From: Malacoraja senta
Taxonomy: Eukaryota
NCBI GenBank assembly: GCA_038087875.1
Contig: CM075991.1
Span: 2,604,001 to 2,668,000 of the forward strand
Direction: 5' to 3'
DNA: 64,000 nt
In this document: positions 1-12,059 of the stretch, piece after piece
How positions within the stretch are numbered: the stretch's first letter is position 1
Layout: each line of letters opens with the position of its first letter
Position numbers and translations under genes: made by a program
Notes under the pieces: generated by a model
The model's database searches: none
Seen by the model: only the letters and a program-made list of their open reading frames with translations
What the model was told of the DNA's origin: nothing

Positions 1-158
1 CAACCAGGTTTGGGATGCGGGAGAAATCCGTAACACCCGGAGGAAACCCACGCAGTCGTAGGGAGAACGTGCAAACTCCACAAAGACTGCACTCAAGGTC
101 AGGATTGAGCCCGGGTCTCGGTCGCTGCGAGGCAGCAGCTCTGCCAGCTGACCACTGT
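1..158 (-). mobile_element. HE1-type tRNA-derived V-SINE (partial)
   Basis: Reverse complement gives a tRNA-like head (B box GGGCTCAATCC) followed by GGAGTTTGCACGTTCTCCC, as in the other HE1 copies. Confidence 0.75.
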
Positions 159-224
159 ACTTATTTAGATTATATGCATATCAACCTATGTCTGCATCAG
201 GTTTCACATTCCCGCAACTGATCT

Positions 225-325
225 GTTTTACAGTCAATGCCTACTATGTTCTGTTGTGCTGAAGCAAAGCAAGAATTTCATTGTCCTATCAGGGGCACAT
301 GACAATAAACTTGAATCTTGAATCT
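225..325 (+). mobile_element. Rex1/Babar LINE 3' end fragment
   Basis: Near-identical to the 3' UTR of the long Rex1 copy at 41615-41690 (ATGCCTACTATGTTCTGTTGTGCT...AAGAATTTCATTGTCC...ATGACAATAAA), with a TTGAATC tail. Confidence 0.8.
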
Positions 326-829
326 CGGTGAAGGAAAATTTTCCATATTTTTTGTTGGATTGATGTCAAATTTGGACTCCTCCTCATGGAGCTAACCTGG
401 ATAAATCAATCAAACACACTCATGATTTTATGAAAATTCTTTCAGGTCACCCTCTTCTCTTTTCTTGAGAACAGAATCCCAAGTCTGTTAAGCTTTACCT
501 GCTATTATGCATGTAGATCTGTTCTGCACATTTCCCAGTTACTAAATATCATCTTTGCAATACTAATTTTAGACCCTCACAACATTCAAACCAGAAGATT
601 TTTGTAAACTCAGACCTTCATAACTGCAATAGGTACATATAACCACAGGGTCAAAGAAGTCAATAACCATAATATTCTATTGCAGGAACAAAGAACTGCA
701 GATGCTGGTTTAAAACACAAAGTGCTGGAGTAACTCAGCCAGTCAGGTAGCACCTCCTAGAACGTGGATATGTGATATTTGACCCTTCCTCAGATATTAG
801 CAATATACTATTGCACTTGTGTTTCTTAC

Positions 830-993
830 TTTCTACTGATGCCCACTTCTAGTCTCAGTTGAACGTGGGACAATGCTCCCCATAACTCACAGCAATATCA
901 CAAAGGACGACCGCATAAACGTACATTTTTGTAACTGTGCTGTTCTTGAAGAGAGCCCGGAGCACAATTCCCAATACCAGGAAAGTTCAACAC
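830..993 (-). other. Candidate minus-strand exon (UTR or non-coding)
   Basis: Non-repeat sequence with acceptor CTCTCTTTGTATTCTGCAG|G at 994/993. Donors GTGAGT (890) or GTAAGA (829). No recognisable protein. Confidence 0.3.
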
Positions 994-1299
994 CTGCAGA
1001 ATACAAAGAGAGTTATTTGCACTTATATAAATAGGCGTGACTAATATCTCCTTTTGCTAACTTTATTTAATTAAATCTCATTTATATTGCACAACGCAGT
1101 TGGGTGCACAGTCTCATGCTGAATTCATATGCTCATGCTCTGTATAAACAGCCCCAACATGTGCAGAAACCTGTGTGACTCAATGCTAAGACTGAAATAG
1201 CTCTCATTTCAAATCCTGATCTCACAGTGCAGCAGTGCTAGATAAATTATGGATGACGTGGAAGAAGAGAAAAGTGGTAGCCACTTCAGTTATTACAAG

Positions 1300-1692
1300 A
1301 TATGTAACAATTAAATGCTGCTGGAAGGTCATCAAGAAAGACGTTCTTTGGTCAGACTGAAATGTGTTGGTGTTCGAGCATAGTGAGATGTTAGTCAGGG
1401 CCATTCCAGACTGCAGGAATAGGTGCTGAAGCTTGGTGTGGTCAAAGCAAAGGCTCTGTGGGGTAGGATCGCAGTCTAGGGTCCTTCTGCTGGACATTGA
1501 GGGGCAGAGTCCGATCGGGGCACCCCTCCAACAAGGGAGGAATATCACCTCAAAAGGGTGTACTGTGTAAATACAGGTGCGAACACTACTGAATATGAGA
1601 CTAATGAATGTACAGACACTGAGAATGTATGAAGAGTTTTTGTAGTTTTTAATTTTTTTATTCTGAATAAATTTTATTTTACAATTAAAAAA
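1300..1692 (+). mobile_element. L1/Tx1-clade LINE 3' fragment
   Basis: Degenerate ORF2 C-terminus (CWKVI..KDVLWS..; HSRLQE..; KALWGR..V*), then AATAAA and an A-rich tail. Homologous to 8200-8850 and 37075-37290. Confidence 0.7.
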
Positions 1693-2164
1693 GGTATTTA
1701 ACAGTATGTGAAATGTTTACAGTTTGAACACTGTTAAGAAAAAGATGTATGGAAGCAGAATGAGACTTGGCAGGAGAATATGAGATTACATAAATGAGGG
1801 TAACAACCCAGGAAATCTGTGGTGCAATGAAAGAATGATAAAGTTTAACTGTGCAGGATACAATGAGAATACAGCAGCAGTACAGGATATTGCACCCAAA
1901 ACAGAAAATGCTGTTAAAACTCAGGTCAGACAGCATTGAAAGAAACAGTTCAAGTCTGACCCCCTTCATCAGATCTGAGAAAGAGAGAAAACAAGTTAGT
2001 GTAGGTAGCAGAGAAGCTGGGGAGGGCAAGAGATGGAGCAAAGGATATTACCATCAGGTACTGTAACATCACATAGACAATGACAGCATGGGATATAGAA
2101 ATCGTGTGGAAAGTAGTGACACAAAATGATTTTGTATTTGGAGATTACAAAAAGTGATGAACAT

Positions 2165-2535
2165 TGCCTGGTTCATCACGGCTACTGACCTCCCCACCAT
2201 CAAAGGGATCTACAGGAGGTGCCGCCTCAAAAAGGGACCAACACCACCCTGGCCATGCTCTCATTTCACTCCTATCATTGGAAAGAAGGTATAGGAGTCT
2301 GAAAACCGAAGGTCTTGAACACTATACCGTTCTAACCTATGAAATATGGACTGCCTATGGTTGCACTAAGGATTTTGGACTTTTTGCATGTATCAAGTTA
2401 TTAATTTATTGATTTTTTTGTTTATTATATGTTATCTATGAGTATTATGTTTACAAGCCTTTTATGCTCTGCAAGAAATAATTTTATAGTTCCGCTGTCA
2501 GTATACATCTCAATTAAATCTCCATTCTTGAACTT
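2165..2535 (+). mobile_element. Rex1/Babar LINE 3' fragment
   Basis: Encodes HHPGHALISLL..RRYRSLKT, matching the C-terminus of the 39441-41528 ORF. Confidence 0.8.
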
Positions 2536-4059
2536 GCTGAAAGATTAGTGGTAATCAGATCACAAAGTTCCATGTTAGTCATTGAAATTGGGATATTTTG
2601 CCTAGATTTGAAGAGGCAGTCAAAGCTTTTATTTTGAGTCCATCTAAACTTTGGCACCTCTGACAATGCAGGGACTTCATTCCCCAACCTTCTGACTCAA
2701 TGATATGTTAGCTAATTACTATGGCAGTTTGCCACATTACAGCATCTGATACCATAACAGTGTACCATACACTAATAATGCGGACACATTAATATACCAC
2801 TTTCAAAAGACATTTGGAGAGATTTAGAGAGATATGGGCAAAATGCAGGCAAATGGGACCTGCCCAGAATGCCAACTTGATCAGCATGGGACATGTTGGG
2901 CCAAAGGACCTGTTTCCATGCTGTATTGTTCTATGATTCTAAGACTAGTATTCAGGTCAAATCATCAAATATACCGATGCTTTACTTGAATATGTACACA
3001 CTTTGAGATATGTTAAGTGCATGGATACACGCACAACGCAGATTTTGATGTCATTCAGAATACGTGAATTACGACTGTGAGATACACTGACAGTGGCACA
3101 CTACACCAGTACTTTGCAGGAACACAGTAGGAAACAGTAACTTTGTCCCTGTTTGCTTCCAGATCACCATTAAATATTAAATGGTAATTTTTCTCATTAA
3201 TATTCTACAACTGTTCACAGAGCTGGATGCAAGCCAGGTACTGTGTCTGTCCAATTCCCTCCCATTGATTCACATACCTTCTCCTTCGTCCTACAAAGCT
3301 GGTCCCCGTCCATTGTTTCCTGCAGGTTCCTATGGCAATGGCTTTTGCTTCTCCTCAGAGATGCCGAGTAGGCTGAAAGCAGGGATCTCTTAACTCTCTC
3401 AACAGAGAGCCTTGGTTCCAGGGTGGAAGTGTACCAGCACAGAACAAAACCAGAACTCTTCAACAACCGATGTTTGGATTGGTGCAGAAATTAACCTACA
3501 CATCTTTATAGCCAAATGGTCTTGAGTCTCTCACACAAAAGCAGTCTGATTCTTTCTATATAATGTCGTGCCCTGTATTAATTCCTGTCCCCCTGTTCCC
3601 TCAGTGGTTGTACAGTTAAGGAAGGTGCAGCTGGAGTTCCTGTTGTATGTGCAGCAACGATAAGCACTGGCCAACTCGTATACAGCACAGGAAGCTGACA
3701 ATGAATTTATTACAAAACCCAGTCATTTAATTTGATGTGTGCTGCACAAAGGGAAATATGTGTTGCTTTTTTTGTGAGAAAATATTATTCTTTGTAGGCT
3801 GTTCTCAAACCGCAAAATCTGTTTCAAACATTTGTTCAATGATGTTCAAAGCCTTGCTGCCTGTGGTTGTAGAGTTGTTACGATAGTGATCCCTTGGGTT
3901 CTTGCACTGAAGGATTGAGGGACTTCTCAGTACGTAAAGATTTTCTAGCAATTATTCATCCCTTCAAAGATCTTGTTTAAATTTGATTGAAGCAGAATCA
4001 TCTGTGGAAGATAACGACATAAACTAAAAGACAAGCTTAAACATTCCTCTTTGATTAGA

Positions 4060-4290
4060 AACAAGGAACTGCAGATGCTGGCTTACAAAGAAAGGACACA
4101 AAGTGCTGGATCAACTTAGCGGGTCAAGCAGCATCTCTGGAGAACATGGATAGGTGACATTTCGGATCAGGTTCCTTCTTCGGACGCTGCTCTGATTCAA
4201 GTCAGAAGGTCGCAACCAAAACGTCATGTATTCATGTACTCCAGAGATGCGGCCTGACCCTCTGAGCTACACCAGCACTGTATCCTATTC
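4060..4290. mobile_element. Penelope-derived short repeat, inverted pair
   Basis: Minus copy (GGAACTGCAGATGCTGG...GCAGCATCTCTGGAG) followed by a plus copy (...CCAGAGATGCGGCCTGACCC...GAGCTACACCAGCAC). Confidence 0.7.
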
Positions 4291-4994
4291 CTCTTTGTTC
4301 CTCTCCTTCTCCCTGGTTAAGGAAGGATTTATCCAAAAAGTTATTTTTATTCCCCATCTATTTGCTCCTTTCCATTCTTGTGTATCAAGGACCACCTTGG
4401 TGTACACAAGCACTATATACCAGTATCTCGCTTTACAAGTGACCACACATAGTGAGTGCCTGTAGGATATAGACCTCAGATCCTGTCCTCACAAATTATA
4501 TGCATCTGCAATCTCCCCAACCAGGGTTACTGGACAAGGATCAGGGCCAGAAAACACAGCTTAGGTCTTCTGGATACCTTTTAGAACATAGAGCAATACA
4601 GCCTACAAAGTCTGTGCCAAATATAATGCCAAGATAAACTAACATTATCTGCCTGCACATGATCCACACCCCTCTATTCTCTGCATATCCAAGTGTCAAT
4701 CTAAAAGCCTCTTAAATGCCACTATATCAGCTTCCACCACCAGTCATCCATTATTAAGCGCTGTGAAAAAAAGGTGCCCATGCATCTCGTTTCAATTTTG
4801 CCCCACATCTTAAAAGCTAAAAGGAAAAGGTTCTGACTATCTACCCTGTCTATTGCCTCATAGCAAAAGCCTCGGGAACTATCTATATTTTTTCTAAAGC
4901 CAGCAGTAATGACGAAAGGAGATTATTATTTTATTTATTTTTTTGACCAGAAGTTCTCAATAGTGGGTGTGTGCGAATTCTTCATATTCCTCAC

Positions 4995-5132
4995 AGCTTT
5001 TGGGGAATAATCAAAAGAAGGAAGATGAAGAGATGCAGTGGAACCTTTATTAGCACTATCTGAAATTGTCTTTCATACTCTTTGATAATACATGCTCCAA
5101 AACAGATAAAAAATTGAAAACACACACACTAT
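4995..5132 (-). other. Candidate minus-strand exon (non-coding or UTR)
   Basis: Acceptor TTTCTCTTTATTTTCTCTTTCAG|A at 5133/5132 and possible donor GCT|GTGAGG at 4995/4994. Stops in all three frames. Confidence 0.3.
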
Positions 5133-6084
5133 CTGAAAGAGAAAATAAAGAGAAACAGGTGTGTACTTCCAAAAACAAAAATCCTCTCAATGTTGTCAGA
5201 TAAATATTTTGTTCTGATTGCTAATCTTTGATCAAATTGCATTCAAAACCTGTTTATTCGCTGATAACCAGCATCTGTCCAGTCAGAGTGGATATCATGA
5301 AACATGCATTAATGCCTTCACACAATAAACACCACAACAGTCTCATTAAAATTTCACCTTAACGTGAATAATAGTCAGGGAGGTGGAAATAAAACCTTTG
5401 GTTTGCTTCGAACTAAAATTCTCATCACTAAACCAAGAACTGCTCTTCACACGCACTGTTTGCCTTACTTACAGAATGCAGAATGCACCCCGTATTGGAT
5501 TCCATCTTCTTAAAATCTAGACCAAATTTGTGGAGCTCATCAACTAGCTTATCAGACTCATATCCACACCCAGCCACACGAGTGCACTAACGAGTCTAAC
5601 TTCTCAACTGCCATATAGTGCCCTCCAGAATGTTTGGGACAAAGACCCATCATTTATTTATTTGCCTCTGTACTCCACAATTTGAGATTTGTAATAGAAA
5701 AAAACACATGTGGTTAAAGTGCACATTGTCAGATTTTATTAAAGGCCATTTTTATACATTTTGGTTTCACCATGTGGAAATTACAGTTGTGTTTATAATT
5801 ATCCCCATTTCAGGGCACCATAATGTTTGGGACACATGGTGTCACAAATGTTTGTAATTACTCAGGTGTGTTTAATTGCCTCCTTAATGCAGGCATAAGA
5901 GAGCTCTCAGCACCTAGTCTTTCCTCTAGTCTTTCCATCACCTTTGAAAACTTTTATTGCTGTTTATCAATATGAGGACCAAAGTTGTGCCAATAAAAGT
6001 CAATGAAGTCATTATGAGACTGAGAAACAAGAATAAAACAGTTAGAGACACCAGCCAAACCTTAGGCTTACCAAATTCAACTGT

Positions 6085-6117
6085 CTGAAGAAGGGTTTCG
6101 GCCCGAAACGTTGCCTA
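6085..6117 (+). ncRNA. Minimal type I hammerhead ribozyme motif
   Basis: CUGAAGA-A-GGGU(UUCG)GCCC-GAAAC-GUU: both conserved core boxes, a stem II, and a palindromic ACGU in place of stem III. Confidence 0.7.
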
Positions 6118-6534
6118 TTTCCTTCGCTCCATAGATGCTGCTGCACCCGCTGAGTTTCTCCAGCACTTTTGTCTACCTTCGATTTTCCAGCATCTGCAGT
6201 TAAACACTTTGTCTACTCCACTACGACATCTCCTCGAGGTATGCCTACTTTGAAGTTCTCCTCCTCCCTCCGAAGACAGTTTTACAACCTCCTCTCTAAC
6301 TGCTCCCCCTCTGTGATTCCCCATTCCCTACAACTCTACGACCACATCCTAACCCAGGCCCGATACCACAGCCACATTTGCTTCCTCGGGACATGCCTGC
6401 ATTTTAAGGTCTGAAGAAGGGTTTCGGCCCAAAACGTTGCTTATTTCCTTCGCTCCATAGATGCTGCTGCACCCGCTGAGTTTCTCCAGCACTTTTGTCT
6501 ACCTTCGATTTTCTAGCATTTGCAGTTCCTTCTT
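6085..6534 (+). mobile_element. Penelope-like element remnant (pLTR - ORF start - pLTR) nested in Tc1
   Basis: Two direct copies of the hammerhead-bearing repeat (6085, 6411) flank an ORF start MPTLKFSSSLRRQ...RYHSHICFLGTCL. 12-bp TSD AAA[T/C]TCAACTGT at 6073-6084 and 6535-6546. Confidence 0.8.
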
Positions 6535-8199
6535 AAACTCAACTGTTTTGAACATTGTTAAGAAGAAAGAGAGCTTACTAATCACAAAGGGACTGGCAGG
6601 CCAAGGAAGACCTCCACAGCTGATGGCAGAAGAATTCTCTCTATAATAAAGAAAAATCCCCAAGCAACTGTCCGACTGATCAGAAACACTCTTCAGGAGT
6701 CAGGTTTGTCAATGACCACTGTCCACAGAAAACTTCATGAACAGAAATACAGAGGCTATACAGCAAAATGCAAACCACTGGTTAGCCGTAAAAATAGGAT
6801 GGCCAGGTTACAGTTTGCCAAGAAGTACTTAAAAGAGTAACCACAGTTCTCGAAAAAAAAGTCTTGTGGACAGATGAGACAAAAATTAACTTATATCAGT
6901 TAATCAAGAGCAAAGTATAGAGGAGAGAAGAAACTGCACAAGATCCAAAGCTTACAAAATTGGTACCGCTGAAACCAAGACAACCTTTAACCTTCTCCTA
7001 TTAAATTGCAAAGCCAGCGAAACGCACTAATCTTTGCTTTCAGTAATAAAGCTAACAAACTGTTGATGTTCCCTTTCGAATAACATAAGCGAGATAACAA
7101 GCACAGCTTCATGGATGTCTTCTCTATAATATAAACATTGAGAGAGAATTCAGACTATAAGATTATAATGTGCGTCATAAGTAGAAAAAACTAAAATGAT
7201 TGTTCTGCAGAAATATAACCTTATATGGCTAACCCTTCCTACCCACTTCATCTGTGAAACACGGTGGTGGGGGTGTTGTGGCCTGGGCATGTATGGCTGT
7301 TGAAGGTACTCGCTCACTTATCTTCACTGATGATACAACTGCTGATGGTAGTAGCATAATGAATTCTGAAGTGTATAGACACATCCTACCTGGTCAAGTT
7401 CAAACAAATGTCTCAAAACTCATTGGCCAGCGGTTCATTCTACAGCAAGACAGTAATACCAAACATACTGCTTAAGCAACAAAATAGTTTTTCAAAGCTA
7501 AAAAATGGTCAATTCTTGAGTGGCCAAGTCAATCACCCGATCTGAACCCAATTGTGCATGCCTTTTATATGCACAAGAGAAAACTGAAGGGGACCAGCCC
7601 CCAAAACAAGCATAAGGTAAAGAAGGCTGCAATGCAGTCCTGGCAGAGCATCACCAGAGAAGACACCCAGCAACTGGTGATGTCCATGAATCGCAGACTT
7701 CAAGCAGACATTGCATGCAAAGGATATGCAACAAAATACTAAACATGACTACTATCATTTACATTTCATTGTTGCGTCCCAAACATTATGGTGTCCTGAA
7801 ATGGGGGGACTATGTATAAACACTACTGTAATTTCTACATGGTGAAGCTAAAATGTATAAAAATTACCTTTATTAAAATCTGACAATGTGCACTTTAACC
7901 ACATGTATTTTTTTCTATTACAAATCTCAAATTGTGGAGTACAAAGGCAAATAAATAAATGATGAATCTTTGTCCCAAACATTATGGAGGGCACTGTACA
8001 TACTACACTCAATGACAAAGATAAAATGCAGAAAAAATATTAAAGTAAAATTATAAAAATGCACAACACAGATATGGGCCCTATCGGCCCAACTAGCCCA
8101 TGCCGAATGTGATGCCTATCTAGATGATCCATCTGGCTGCAGCAAGTCTCTATTCCTCTAGTTCTTTTCTATCCAAGTGCCAAGGTGAGAGGGGCAGTC

Positions 8200-8850
8200 A
8201 GATCCTTATAACAATGCACGCTGCCATCGGGGCGACCGTTATGGAGAGGAGACGGTTGCCCACCTCTTCGTAGATTGCAAAGAGGGTCTGGAAAAAGATG
8301 CAAAGATCCTTGGCATGATTCATTCCCAATATCTCCAAAACAAAAGACACTCTGATTTATAGGCTATTCCCAGGGACACACTCAGACACAGAATCAAGTT
8401 CTGCTGAAAGACAATAACCTCAGTCAAAGATGCACTTTGATCTGCCCAAAACATTTTGGCCTCCCAGCACAGGGAGATGCCTTCACGGAATGTTGCCGAC
8501 CGGCCCTTTCATGACTGCAGGGGTACTTGCTGAGGGACACACTGAAGCTTTGTGAAATGCACTCCAAATCTCTGTGGGGGAGGACCACAGTCTAGGGTCC
8601 TTCCCGATCCATTTCCCAGTCCAATGCTGGACATTGATGGGCAGAGTCTTGTGGGACATCCCTCAAACAAGAAAAGGAATATCAGCACAGGGGACCACAT
8701 GAGTGGTAAAAGTTTTTTTTATATATAGATGGGAAAACACCACTGAGTATGACACTATTGAATGTATAGAGAATGTATGGAGTTTTTTTGCATATTGTTT
8801 GTTTTGTACATATTCTTTATTCTGAATAAAGTTTATTTTTGAAATTTAAA
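8200..8850 (+). mobile_element. L1/Tx1-clade LINE 3' fragment
   Basis: Zinc-knuckle remnant ETVAHLFVDC, ..SVKDAL.SA.., ..LWGRTTV*, then AATAAA and an A tail. Confidence 0.75.
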
Positions 8851-9514
8851 ACAGTCTTTTAAGCATTGGAAATGTACCAATCTCCACCAGCCCCTCTGGC
8901 AGCTTGTTGCACACCAACCTGTGCACGAAAGGCTTACCTCTCAGATCTCTAAATTTCTCCGCTCTCACCTTAAACTTGAGTCCTCCAGTTCAAGAATCCC
9001 CAGAAACATAATAAAGCAGAGTGACTATTGTACAGTGCATTGTACAGCACAGCTCAGTGATGTGGTACAGCAGGTACAGCCAGTGTCTCACAGCTCCAAC
9101 AACCTAGGATCATTCATAACCTCTGGTGTTTTCTGTGTGGAATCTGCATGGGCTTAATCTGGCTGTCTCGGTGTCTCTCCACATCTTACAGGCTTCATTG
9201 AAGGTCAATTAGCTACTGTAAATTGCCCCTTGTTCATAGGGGAATTGGTGGCGGAGAGGATAGTTAATAAGTAATGAGAGAGCAGGAGACAGCAAGAAAT
9301 GGGGAGGAAATGGATCGGTTTGCTCGAAGAGCCAGCCAGCACTGGCTAACTGGGCAGAATGACATGTCAAATAAAAGTGGCTTCAGACTGGAATGTTAAT
9401 GCACAATGTTCGACTGCTCATAACATACAGAAACAGCCCCTTGGGAATGTAGACATTTCAGACAAGTAAGATTACTTCCTTCTTGCTGATAATCATAACC
9501 CCAAATTCACAACA

Positions 9515-10743
9515 TCTATATTACTAAAAGTCTGATCTTGACCACTTCCTGTTGTTCTGTATATTAATTTTAGAAAAAACGCTGCCACTTACGGCTGTGA
9601 TTTTTGGCCATCTTACTCAGTCCCCGTCCGCTGCGCAGGACAAGAGGATTTTTCCCATCGATGAAAAATAAAAGTTATTAGTGTTTAAAAAATGTTGAGA
9701 TTCTCTCTCCTGAAGGCCACGCCCCTTCCGGAGGGACTATGAAACCCAGAAGTGTTGAGTGCCTCAGTCAATCTCTGCAAGATGGGGGAGCGAGAGGGTC
9801 ACGTCCCTCAGTCTGAGTTGTGAATAACACTGAACACATGTCTACTAAACTGTGAGTGGTTTTACTGACCTGTCAGTGCCCGTAATGTGGTTTGAAAATA
9901 TAGTTTGGAAAGGCTAAAGCTGTGTTGCCTTTGGTGTGGAAATGCTAAAGCTGTGTTGCCTTTGGTTTGGAAATGCTAAAGCTGTGTTGCCTAATTAAAG
10001 TTGCCTTGCCTAATTAAAGTTGCCTTGCCTAATTAAAGTTGCCTTGCCTAATTAAAGTTGCCTTGCCTTTTATATAATTAAAAGTCTAATCTTGACCACT
10101 TCCTGTTTGCGCTTTATATTGATTTTAGAAAAATCGCTACCACGTATGGCTGTGATTTTTGGCCATCTTACTCAGAGTTCCCCTCCGCTCATCAGGTGCC
10201 GAGGATTTTTGATGAAAAATATAAGTTATTACTATTTTTTAAATGTTGAGATTCTCTCTCCTGTCAATCACGCCTTGAAGACCACGACCTTTCTGGTGGG
10301 AGGGGGGGGATGGACTATAAAACCCAGAAGTGTGGGCGTGGCTCAGTCTCTGAAAGATGGAGGGAGAGGTCATGACTCGCTGTTTTTAGTAGCCTTGCAC
10401 CCTGCTTGAAATGGTATGAAACTGCACTTGAATTTAGTGGCCTTGCACCCTGCTTGAAATGGAATTTCAAGGAATAGCCGTGAGTCAACTGCCAGCCCAC
10501 CAGCCGTGAGTGAGCTGCCAGCACAACAGGCTTGACTGAGCCGCCAGACCAAGAATCCATTCGGCCCACAATGTCCATACTAGCCCTCTGGAAACCAGTC
10601 CTTTCAGCCCAGAACACCCATACTAGCACTCCAGAAAGCACCCCCCCCCCCCAATATCGGAATTGGTGGAAAGGTGGAATATAGCTTTGGGGGACCAGCC
10701 CTCCCGTGTGATGCTGGGACCCAACTGGTCCTATTTAGTCTAG
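9515..10743 (+). mobile_element. Non-autonomous Helitron with duplicated 5' module and minisatellites
   Basis: A|TCTATATTACTAAAAG 5' end, subterminal hairpin GGACC-CAACT-GGTCC, CTAG|T 3' end, no TSD. The 5' module recurs at ~10070-10350. Internal 31-bp and 19-bp (AATTAAAGTTGCCTTGCCT) tandem repeats. Confidence 0.85.
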
Positions 10744-10949
10744 TTTAGAATAAAATTATAAATTGCTAAATCTTTAGTCTTTACTTTTAGTAGTGAAATA
10801 TAATGGATTTATCTTGTGGGTTAAAGATTACTCCTGATCTCAAACAGATTTCCACCCCAACACACAGATGTTTGGAATTATAATTCCTAAAATTGGAGAA
10901 TTTCAGAAGCCCAACTAGCAGGTGGCAAAACGTGAAAGAGGAGGGTGTC

Positions 10950-11960
10950 AATAGACACTAGATAATAGACAATATGTGCAGAAGTAGGCCATTTGGCCCT
11001 TCGAGCCAGCATCGCCATTCAATGAGATCATGGCTGATCATCCCCAATCAGTACCCCGTTCCTGCCTTCTCCCCATATCCCCTGACTCTGCTATCTTTGA
11101 GCCCTATCTAGCTCTCTCTTGAAAGTATCCAGAGAACCGGCCTCCACCGCCCTCTGAGGCAGAGAATTCCACAGACTCACAACTCTCTGTGTGAAAAAGT
11201 GTTTCCTCATCTCTGTTCTAAATGGCTTACCCTTTATTCTTCAACTGTGGCCCCTGGTTCTGGACTCCCCCACCATCGGGAACATGCTTCCTGCCTCCAG
11301 CGTGTCCAAACCCTTAATAATCTTATATGTTTCAATAAGATGCCCTCTCATCCTTCTAAACTCCAGAGTATACAAGCCCAGCCGCTTCATTCTCTCATCA
11401 TATGACAGTCCCGCCATCCCGGGAATTAACCTTGTAAAACTACGCTGCACTTCATCAATAGCAAGAATGTCCTTCCTCAAAGTAGGGGACCAAAACCGCA
11501 CACAATACTCCAGGTGTGGTCTCTGTACAACTGCAGAAGGACTTCTTTGCTCCTATACTCAACTCCTCTTGTTATGAAGGCCAACATACCATTCACTTTC
11601 TTCACTGCCTGCTGTACCTGCATGCTACTTTAATTGACTGATGAACAAGGACCCCCAGATCCCATTGTACTTCCCCATTTCCCAACTTGACACCATTTAG
11701 ATAATAATCTGCCTTCCTGTTTTTGCTACCAAAGTGGATAACTTCACATTTATCTACATTAAACTGCATCTGCCACGTATCTGCCAAGTCACCCTACATT
11801 CTCATAGCATTTTCCTCACAGTTCACACTGCCACCCAGCTTAGTGTCATGTGCAAATTTGCTAATGTTACTTTGAATCCCTTCATCTAAATCATTGATGT
11901 ATATTGTAAATAGCTGCGGTTCCAGCACCGAGCCTTGCGATACCGCACTAGTCACTGGTT
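10950..11960 (-). mobile_element. CR1 (HER1-like) LINE 3' fragment
   Basis: [54 protein letters not shown]..., and a (TCTATTG)-type tail. Confidence 0.92.
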
Positions 11961-11965
11961 GTGGA

Positions 11966-12059
11966 AGGTAGACAAAAGTGCTGGAGAAACTCAGCGGGCG
12001 CAGCAGCATCTATGGAGCGAAGGAAATAGGCAACGTTTCGGACCGAAACCCTTCTTCAG
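11966..12059 (-). mobile_element. Penelope-derived short repeat with intact hammerhead core
   Basis: Reverse complement CTGAAGAAGGGTTTCGGTCCGAAACGTT. Perfect 12-bp TSD ACTGGTTGTGGA (11954-11965, 12060-12071). Confidence 0.85.

Larger units (their letters stand above)
5616..7996 (+). mobile_element. Full-length decayed Tc1-like DNA transposon (IR/DR type)
   Basis: ~215-bp terminal inverted repeats ([C/T]AGTGCCCTCCA.AATGTTTGGGAC), each with an internal direct repeat CCATAATGTTTGGGAC. TA on both flanks (5614-5615, 7997-7998). Transposase remnants: VLWTDETK, VKHGGG..AWAC, FILQQD..KHTA, WPSQSPDLNPI. Confidence 0.95.

Noticed and set aside
891..993. Minus-strand frame C-TGA-TFLVLGIVLRALFK... as a possible selenoprotein exon
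   Set aside because: No recognisable selenoprotein family motif and no SECIS seen; a plain stop in non-coding sequence is more likely.
9905..10068. Regular repeat array, superficially CRISPR-like
   Set aside because: Head-to-tail minisatellites with no unique spacers, inside a Helitron, in a eukaryotic context.
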